From the IMG/VR virus record IMGVR_UViG_2837005551_000010, positions 332-64,331 of that record: a stretch of DNA of 64,000 nt. One strand, given 5' to 3'. The number at the start of each line of letters is the position of its first letter. The stretch's first letter is position 1. Positions 45,226-54,500 of this stretch are shown here, piece by piece. This stretch comes from a virus (Duplodnaviria > Caudoviricetes). A program made the translations under genes and the position numbers. Below the pieces are notes generated by a model. That model searched no databases. It saw only the letters and a list, made by a program, of their open reading frames with translations, and was not told the DNA's origin.

Positions 45226-47685
45226 ATGCTCACGAAATATTTTATAGAAATAGACGGCCAAAGGACCGAGATTCCTAATGAATGTATTAAGAATTGGGAT
45301 GAGGTTCGGTGTGCTTACAAGCGTGCAGATTTTAGTGGTGTCACTCGCTCGTTCTCATCGCAGTTTGAGTTTGTTGGCGATGCATACGATATGTTGATGG
45401 CCTTGTATCTCCGAGATGGATTCAATGCTGTTGCAACTCTATATCTTTATACCATTACAGACCGTTGGGTGTGGGAAGAACGATTTGCAGCTCCAATTGA
45501 TTTCTCAACCATAGTATGGGACAACAATATCCTAAAAGTCAACTGCGTAGACAATAGTCTTGCCGCTCTCATCAAAGCAAACAAGAGTACCAAGTATGAG
45601 TTTGGAGTCGGTAGTGATATTCCAATAGCATCGCAGTTAAACTATGACCGTATTCCTATGACAGAAGTTGTATCATATCAGGTTATTGGAGAAACAATCG
45701 ATGATAGTTCAACTATGAAGTTATCTGTTCCTGGTGCTTTGGGTGTTGTTTATAGGATACCTGTAAACATTATTACAGAAAATGTGCTTGTCAACGAAAA
45801 GTTACTGTATAATGACCAAACCACAGATGATGGTAGCTATATGGTATCAGCAAAAACAGATGTCACTATTACAATAAAGGGAGGTATTGCAATAGATATG
45901 ATTAATGCTTGTCAACCCGCAAACTTTGGAGTAACAATTTACAAAACAAGTAATGATGTGACTACTAAAATAGGTCCATTATGCAGCCAAAGTTTCTTGA
46001 TAACATATAGAGGCGAATATGATAAACCTGGGGACCTGCCAATACTAACGCCAGCTACACTTGGCGCAACAGCATTTGTTAAACAAACAAATACTATCTG
46101 GAAATGGTGGGTCAATGAGGCGTCTACATCCGAGGATAATTTATTCATATGGATGGATTCAAAGATGTCTTCAGATGAATATATGCGGCAAATTCCCGAA
46201 TACACCTATTCGGTTGACTTGAAGGAAGGTGATAAAATCTGGATTGGAGCTGAGGCGAATCCCGGTTTAGGTTCTCGCCCTGGGCCTTTTTGGATTTTAA
46301 TGCTCGACCAGAAAATTGAGATTTCTTGGGGCGGAATAGGAAAAAGTGCTGAAATTGATGTAATACGGCCTCTTGATTTTTGCGAAAAAATTCTCAATCG
46401 TATTAGCATGGGTAAGGTTAATGTTGGTGTAACATTTAGTGATTTCGATAATCGCCTTGCCAATACGTATCTTTTAGCGGCTGAGAGTGTTCGTGGAATT
46501 GGTGATGCAAAGATATACTCATCATTCACAGAGTTTGTAGACTGGATGCAAACAGTATTCGGTTATACATATTGTCTTGGCCCGCGCACAAAGGCACAAT
46601 TCAAAAGAAAGCAGTCAATATTCTACAATTCATGGCCGATTTCCGCAAATGATAATCTTCTGCATACGATGTGCCCGGTCGAGCCAGGAACCCAAGTTGT
46701 GATAATACAGGGGACTCCATACTGCGCTGTTTTGGGTGATTACAATTCTGACGGTGGCAACAATTACTACACTAAATGGGAAGGCAGTGATGCGTATAAC
46801 GACCCGAAAACCGGTAAAGCTCGTTTGGACACCATTTTTATAGGAGAAGATAAAGAAGGGTGTTATTTCGACAGTAATTATAATCTTCACATATATGATG
46901 GAAATGTTGAAATGGCTATTTGTGATAACCAAGTAATCAATTTTATCCACCGTTCTGAGCTGTTTAAATCTGACGCCTCAACTATGAGAATAAACAACGT
47001 TCGGGATGTCTCGTATTCTGTTGATTCAAGTTCGATTTATTCGGCAATTACTATCGGATACGAAAAGCAGGATTATGAAGGCTTCAATGGGCGTGATGAG
47101 TTTAACTTCAATAATACTTACTCCACCGGCCATACTGTTAACGATAAGAAACTTAGTCTCATCAGTAAATATCGAGCAGATTGCTATGGTATTGAGTTCG
47201 CCGTTCAGAAGCGTGGGCAGGATACTACAGACTCGTCAAGTGATAAGGATGTTTTCTTTGTGCTTTCTAAAAGTGAGAATGGGTTACTTATTCCGGATAG
47301 AACCATTAGAATAGAAAATACTATATCTGATATGGTATTCAATGGCGCATTTTCTCCAATAGCTTGTATCCAGGCAAATGCCGGATTTATAGGAATACAG
47401 GCAAAGCATCTTCATCTTGAATTTGCTTCGAGCATGGGGAATAGCTCTATTGTTATAGATGGCCGAGCTATGTCTGAAGATATAGATCTTGATGCTCCTT
47501 TGATGACGTGTGGTAGAGTATCATTTACAACTGATGAAATTGATGAACCGGCATCTGAAAACAATCTCATAGAAATTGAAAGTAATGGTATCCTGTATAG
47601 GGGATTTGTAAAAGATGCCACATTCAAATATGCCACGAATGAGGCCGTAAAATACGAACTAATCGTAAAAGATATTGAGCTATGA
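45226..47685 (+). CDS. Distal tail / hub-like protein
   Basis: About 820 aa after the TMP module; start moved to Met11. Confidence 0.7.
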   Translation: MLTKYFIEIDGQRTEIPNECIKNWDEVRCAYKRADFSGVTRSFSSQFEFVGDAYDMLMALYLRDGFNAVATLYLYTITDRWVWEERFAAPIDFSTIVWDNNILKVNCVDNSLAALIKANKSTKYEFGVGSDIPIASQLNYDRIPMTEVVSYQVIGETIDDSSTMKLSVPGALGVVYRIPVNIITENVLVNEKLLYNDQTTDDGSYMVSAKTDVTITIKGGIAIDMINACQPANFGVTIYKTSNDVTTKIGPLCSQSFLITYRGEYDKPGDLPILTPATLGATAFVKQTNTIWKWWVNEASTSEDNLFIWMDSKMSSDEYMRQIPEYTYSVDLKEGDKIWIGAEANPGLGSRPGPFWILMLDQKIEISWGGIGKSAEIDVIRPLDFCEKILNRISMGKVNVGVTFSDFDNRLANTYLLAAESVRGIGDAKIYSSFTEFVDWMQTVFGYTYCLGPRTKAQFKRKQSIFYNSWPISANDNLLHTMCPVEPGTQVVIIQGTPYCAVLGDYNSDGGNNYYTKWEGSDAYNDPKTGKARLDTIFIGEDKEGCYFDSNYNLHIYDGNVEMAICDNQVINFIHRSELFKSDASTMRINNVRDVSYSVDSSSIYSAITIGYEKQDYEGFNGRDEFNFNNTYSTGHTVNDKKLSLISKYRADCYGIEFAVQKRGQDTTDSSSDKDVFFVLSKSENGLLIPDRTIRIENTISDMVFNGAFSPIACIQANAGFIGIQAKHLHLEFASSMGNSSIVIDGRAMSEDIDLDAPLMTCGRVSFTTDEIDEPASENNLIEIESNGILYRGFVKDATFKYATNEAVKYELIVKDIEL

Positions 47686-48512
47686 TAGTAAGCCCTTTCA
47701 CTCCGCTGTTTTTCATCAAACGAAAGGCTGATGGGATAGATAGCGAATATATTCAGACATTCGCCACTACTGACCAGATACTCTTGCAGCTCATAGGAGG
47801 GCGTAATGATACCGTTGTCGCCCAGATTATAAGTGAGCCGGACGGAGCGGTCCTGCATCAAATTCAGTTCAATCAGTGGGACATAAACGACACTGTTACT
47901 CTGAGGTTCACAACAATCTCATTGTCGACCGGCTATTATTCAGTAAATATAATGGGTGTCGGTCGTAGTGAGGTGTTTCGAGTTACCGATGACCCTCTGA
48001 TATTGGATAAGACAACACTGATTCAGTATTCGATGAGGAACAACCGCCAGCGTCAAGACGCAGTGTTCTTTATTGACGGGATGCAGTATTTCTTTGATTT
48101 CCGAGTCCCAGGAGGATTCAAAGATAGCAATTGGACTTTCGGTGTGGAGAGCGAGCAGTTCGTGACCCCCCAGGCCGACATATCGCAGTTGTTCGGTCTG
48201 GAGTCAACGCAGAAAAGATTTACTCTCGGAGGCAGTATGGGTGTTCCCGTATGGTTTGGCGAAATGCTGAACCGAATACTCATCTGCTCCCATGTCTATT
48301 TCGATGGTATTAAGTACAGCCGAAAAGAGGCTAATGTGCCGGAACTGACCGTGCAGTTGGAGGGCGTGAACAGTTTTGTGTTCAATCAGACTCTCCAGCA
48401 GTCAACCAACCTTGACCCCGTAATCGAACAAAGGAATCACGCCGCCATGCGCCGCGTTGATGACACCAATTATAGAGCAACTTCTTCAACTATTAACAGA
48501 TTAATTTATTAA
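47682..48512 (+). CDS. Tail/baseplate protein
   Basis: Coupled ORF between the hub and the tail fibre. Confidence 0.65.
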   Translation: MIVSPFTPLFFIKRKADGIDSEYIQTFATTDQILLQLIGGRNDTVVAQIISEPDGAVLHQIQFNQWDINDTVTLRFTTISLSTGYYSVNIMGVGRSEVFRVTDDPLILDKTTLIQYSMRNNRQRQDAVFFIDGMQYFFDFRVPGGFKDSNWTFGVESEQFVTPQADISQLFGLESTQKRFTLGGSMGVPVWFGEMLNRILICSHVYFDGIKYSRKEANVPELTVQLEGVNSFVFNQTLQQSTNLDPVIEQRNHAAMRRVDDTNYRATSSTINRLIY

Positions 48513-48514
48513 GT

Positions 48515-51500
48515 ATGGCAATCACTCCAGACGAACAGCAGAGCATCGTCAGTGCCGTGCTTTCATCAATCCGTACCAACTCACGGACTATCGACCAGCT
48601 CACGCCCGTAACCTCGTTGAGCGAAACCGATAGTTTTGAGATAAACGGAGGAAAGAGAGTAACGTACAAGGTGCTCCGGGATTTGATAGCGTCTTTATCC
48701 TCATCGGAACAAGACTCTCTCAAAACCCTCATCAACAAGTGTGAGTTGAAATCGGTATCTATAACAGTTGCCGAAAGTACCGCCACACTCTCTATCTCGT
48801 CGGTAGGCAAGGCCATCACGACATCGATCCCGATTGCGACCACAAGCAAAGCAGGATTGATGACTGCCGCCGACAAAGTAAAGTTACAGAGCGCATACGA
48901 CACCGCCCAGGCAGCCAAAGATACGGCCAATACCGCCAAATCTAAGGCCGAGTCCGCTCAGTCAAGCGTTACGGCACTATCCGATAAGATTGGTGCCCCT
49001 AATGGTATTGCTCCACTTGATGCCAATGCAAAGGTGCCTGCCGCCAACCTTCCCGGCTTCGTAGATGATGTCGTAGAGTTTAACGCTATGGTAAGTGGCG
49101 TTACTTCGCAAATGGCATCTTCAATCCATAAATCGACCGACGCAGGTTGCATGGTAGTGTATGACACCGACAACGACGTATTCCTTCTCGCAGTGTCGAA
49201 AGTTGCTGTTTCAGATAATACTCAATGGGGAATTATCAAACGCCCCATCAAGAATCTGAATGCCGCCACTCCCGCTGTTGAAGGTGGAACCCTCCAACAG
49301 CAAATCAATGTGTCGGATTACTGGCAGATTCAAAACGGTGGCGCAAGCCTCATTCTCACGCAGTTCACATACTACAACAACTGGCTCGACGCTGATGCCT
49401 ATGGAACAGGCACAGCCGCAGGTCGTGTGCCCGAAGGAGGCAAGATTTACACCTGCACCTCGGACAACAAGACCTTCCGTTGGAGCGGTTCTGAACTCGT
49501 AACCATTGGCTCTGACCTTGCACTTGGACACACTGCAAGCACCGCTTTTCCCGGTGATGAGGGCGCACAGCTTCAAGAAGATTTAAAGGACACCCGTGAT
49601 GAAGTTCAAAATGAGTCCATGCGTGTCAATAATATCGGTATATTACCCTTTGACGGATTCTATGAGGACAACCCTGACCAAAGCACCGGCGTTTGGTATC
49701 GCCGTTATCCTGCCAATGAGGGAGGCACCTGCTGTATGTGGTCAAACAAATTTCCAGAAGGGTATCATCCTACCGACTACAACACCACTTTCCACGGGTT
49801 CCAAAAAATCCGTGAAGATAGAATTTTCCGTCTTGCAAACGACCTCTACCGCTTTGATGGAGAGAATCTCGTTAAGGTCGGGGGCGCATCCGTCGGCAAT
49901 GTCTATAACCTTACTGCCGAACTGCCGACACCTGACCCGGAAAAAATCTTCTACACCCTCAACGATTCAACCGATAAATACTATGCCCCTGCCGCTGTAT
50001 TAGCCCAGGGCAAAGCAAAAATCGGTATGGATATAACTTTCGCCATAGCCAAAGGCTCATGGAAAAGCTACAAATATATCGGTCTTACACTTGATGCCAA
50101 CGATGTTCTTGACAAAGATAATTGGCTCGATCTTGCCGGAATGTCGGCAGGCTCGGAGCCGTTTGTCAACATCAATGCGGTATGTGAGGATAAGGATTAC
50201 ACCCTCTCACTTGCGATTCAGGCTCTGCTCGACCTCAAAGAGACCACAGGCATAGACTATCGTAAGGAGGGTATGGTCATAACCTATCGCCGGAGTTCCA
50301 ACCCCTTTGTTTGGGAGACCAAGCAATATCAAGGTGCGTTGACCGACCTTACCGCAACCAATGAGGCCCAATGGGTTGACTTCGGCAATGGCGGAGGCGG
50401 TAAGGTGGAAACCTCAGACACGCCGGAGAAAGATGGCAAAGACGCACTATCCACCGGCGGGGCCTACGAGATTCAACAAAACCAGTTCGCCGGTCTTGAA
50501 ATGGTTCCCGACCCGACGGATTATATAATCCAGGGTGTGAGCAAAGCTGGCAACCCCATAGGCGACAGCATCAAGATTCCGAAGAGCAACGGGGCCGGAA
50601 CAGCAAGCGGCAGCACACTTACAATCTACTGCGATCAGGCGGTATGGGGTGCTTTCGGCAGTGAGGTTTCACTTATGGTTGCTATCAAGAGCGTAAGTTA
50701 CGATGGCGAGGATGAGGTTCTCGGAACAATCCGAACCATCAGTATCATTGACCCCGTGACCAACATTGAACTCTGGAGCGAGGTTAAGAACGAGCGTTCA
50801 TCAACGAGTGCCGCCGACTTGAAATTCAAGTTTGATTTCACCGACTTCATCACATCAGCATCGAGCCGAGATTTCATCATTCAGGCTACCGATGCCGATG
50901 GCAACCGCCGAACCAAGACCATCACCGTTACCGCTGTCGATGTTACCTGCACCTGCATACAGACCCTCAACTATTCAACATCAACCGCACTGGAAGTAGG
51001 CGTTAACCGAGACAAGAGTCTGCCGATGTATAAGTTTGAGAACAACGTGTCAACGCGCCTCGGTATTCTCGTTACTACCGAGATGTTCTACAACGGTGAG
51101 TGGCGTACACTCGGCACGGCCACTGTTGTTGATTCGTACTCCCACAACATATCCATCAATCCGTGCAATGTATTCGGAGGTGGAGAGCGTCTGGAACACG
51201 GTGCATATCCAATCCGTATTCAAGGCAAAGACCTTGCGTCCGGCGTTGTCGGCAATATGGTGTATACCGCCGTGATGTGTGTTGATTCCACCAACGCCAC
51301 GCCTATTGTCGTAATGCGTTACGATGATCGCACTGAGGGCAAAGTGCGCCTGTACGATTCAATATCTGTCGATGTGGCGGCATATACTCCCGGCAAGACC
51401 AATACTCCGGTAGAGGTGATGATTGACGGGCATATTGCGACCACCGTCAATTGTCCCATCGGTCAGCCTTACAATGTGAGCAAGCAGATACAAGGATATG

Positions 51501-54500
51501 CCACCGACGGCTCAAAGAGCTTTGATGTGTACGCCCGGAGCGGAGCAAGCAAAAGTGAAACTATCACGCTTACCGTTGAGGGGTCTGCTATCGACGCATC
51601 TTTGAAAGAGGGTGCGCTGTTCTCGTTTGATTTCTCCACCAGAAGCAACACCGAGACCGACCACAGAATCATTGACAACGGCTATGAGATGACTCTGAAC
51701 GGCTGTAACTATAACTCCAATGGTTTTGTCAATGTTCTTGGCGAAACGGTATGCCGTATTGCAGAGAATGTAACCGCTGAGATTCCTTATGCACCGTTCT
51801 CATCTGCCGCTTTGGAGACTGCCGGAGCCGCAATCCAGTTAGCGTTCTCTACAAAGAGTATCAAGGATAAGAACGCTATGCTCTGTGAGTGCTATGACCC
51901 GACAGCCGGTGTGGGTTTCTATATTCGCGGCAATGAGATTGTCCTCAGTGTCCTTAACGGAACACCCAAGCAGCAGCGCGTCGGATTCAAATGTGGTGAG
52001 AAGATCACTGTTGCCGTTGTTGTGGAACCCGGCACAAAGTATGTTACCTACAAGGGTATCAACTATTCCTTTGTCAAACTGTATGTCAATGGTGAGGAAT
52101 GTGCCGCCATCGGTTATCAGCCCGGTACAAGCGCACTCCGCCAAAGCAAGAACATCACGTTCAACTCTGCCAATGGCGATTTCAACCTCAACTACATCAT
52201 GCCTTATTCAAGTTACATGGAATGGTTGCAGGCGTTCCGTAACTACCTCTGCAAACTGAGTAATGTTACCGCCATGATTGCCGAGTATGACAAAGAGAAT
52301 GTGCTTGATACCACCGGCAAACCCTCTATGTCGCTCATGGCGGCAAAAGGTATGCCTTACTATGTCATTGTTGCAGATCAGACCACGTTCAACAACTTTG
52401 ACTATGCCCTCAACGGCGGAACTTCCACCTCTGACCAATTCGCCTGCACGCTTTACTACTACAATCCACAGCACCCGGAATGTAACTTTAAGGCGATAAA
52501 TGTTCTTTGGCGTCGGCAGGGTACCACCTCGGCACAACGCCCGGAGAAGAATGACCGATTCAACTTCAATAAGAAGAACAAGACCACGGGACTCAAGGCG
52601 ACTGTAACTCTGCTGAATCCCGATGACAGCACCGAACTCGGCCGTAAGGCGATACTTGCCGCCAAGCATAACAAAGTATTCGTTCACGAGACCGGGCATT
52701 TTGTCGATGTTATCACAGTAAAGAAAGACTACTCTGACAGCTCGATGGCGAATGACTGTGGCGTTTGCGACCTCATGAACGCCACGTTCCGCTCCCTCGG
52801 CTCATCTTACCTCACGCCGGCGCAACGCGCCTTTGACGGTACCCAAGACCTCGGAGACGGTGATATACTCACGGGTATTCAGATGGATCACTCCACAAAG
52901 AATCACCCCATCGCTTATTTCCGTGCAACGACAGACACCTTGCAGGATGCTTGGTTTCAGGCTCGTGGTAATTGGAAAGAGGATAAGGGCGAGCAGGTGG
53001 CTCTTGGATTCAAGGACACACCCGGCTACAACCTCGGATGTCTTAACTACGGTGATTTTGTGGAGTATTTCGGTACACCCGATGAGACTCTTGCCCAGAC
53101 AGAGGCGCGATTCAAGGCAGACCCCGAAACCAATACTGAAAAGGCACACGGAAACGTGTATCTCATATCTCAGTATTGCGGTCGAGATTATGCAATATAT
53201 CGCTACAAGAACGGAGCATGGACTCGTTCAACCGGCTCAATGAAGCAAGTAAACGGGAAATGGGTCGTTACTGGAGATGTTCTTAACCCCGTGACGGGTT
53301 ATGAACTGTTGCAGTATGCCGGAATGGACTGGTGGCAGGGTGTAAACACTGTCGAGGATATGATGAAACCGACTACGCAGAAATCCTCATGGGTGAACAA
53401 ACTCGGACTCGCTGCCACTGAATACCCGGCTTGGACATACTACTTTGAGTGTATGGTCGATGATGATCAGCTTCAGGAAGACCTGGCACTCGGCAAAAAG
53501 GTTCCTTACGACCTGTTCAATATGCTCAGGTTCTTTGATTCATGCGACTATTCTAAAGTAACGGGATGGGAGAAGATATGGAAGGAGAACGCCTATCGCT
53601 ATATGTCGCTGGAGTCGGCTATGGCATACACCGCGTTCACCGACTATCTCGCCGCCGTCGATCAGCGTGCAAAGAATATGCAGCCTATGTTCTTCCTTGA
53701 AGATGGGTGTTCTGTTGAGAATGGCGTTTACTCCGGCTACCGCAACATGGAGCCAACCCGAATGTATCTCAATAAAGTGTATGACTGCGATACTTGCAAC
53801 GGAGCAGACAACGACGGTGGACGCGATATTGATGCGGAGGTTGACCCCAACAAGATGACTGATGAGGCTACCGGATACACTAACCCCTACATGGGTTATG
53901 GCTCCGTGCTGTTCAACAATATCGACCGTCAGCAAGAGTGCTGGAATAGCAACGATCTCGGAGTAACGACAATCTCCTTAAAGAGCGTTGTGAACCGAAT
54001 GCGCAATCAGACAGCCGAGATTGGCGGAAAGACAATGGCTCCATTCTCACCGGATGGCGCAATGTATTTCTTTGTAGAGAGCCGTCTGATGTTCTGGCCC
54101 AAGACCATAGCGACCTATGATTGCGAATCAAAGTATATTGACAAGACACACTTTGCCAATATGCCATACTTCTATGCCCTGCATGGTCTCGGCTTGACAT
54201 CGCTACCCCGATTCATCGAGCAGCGTTGGGCAATCCGCGACGGTTACTATCAGACCGGCGATTTCTTCACCAATCCCCTCAGCGGTCGTGTGTCGGCAAT
54301 TTCCTCTAAATCCAAAATCTATATCACGGCAGCCGCTACGGGCTACTTCGGTATAGGTAATGATGCGAGCGGTCAGTTGTCTGAAACCGTCTATCTCGAG
54401 GCGGGTCAGAGCCATGCTTTTACTGATTTTGCACACGATTCGGGTGCGCTGCTCTACATCTACAATCCCGGGCGAATGAGTCGCATTGACCTGTCAGAGA

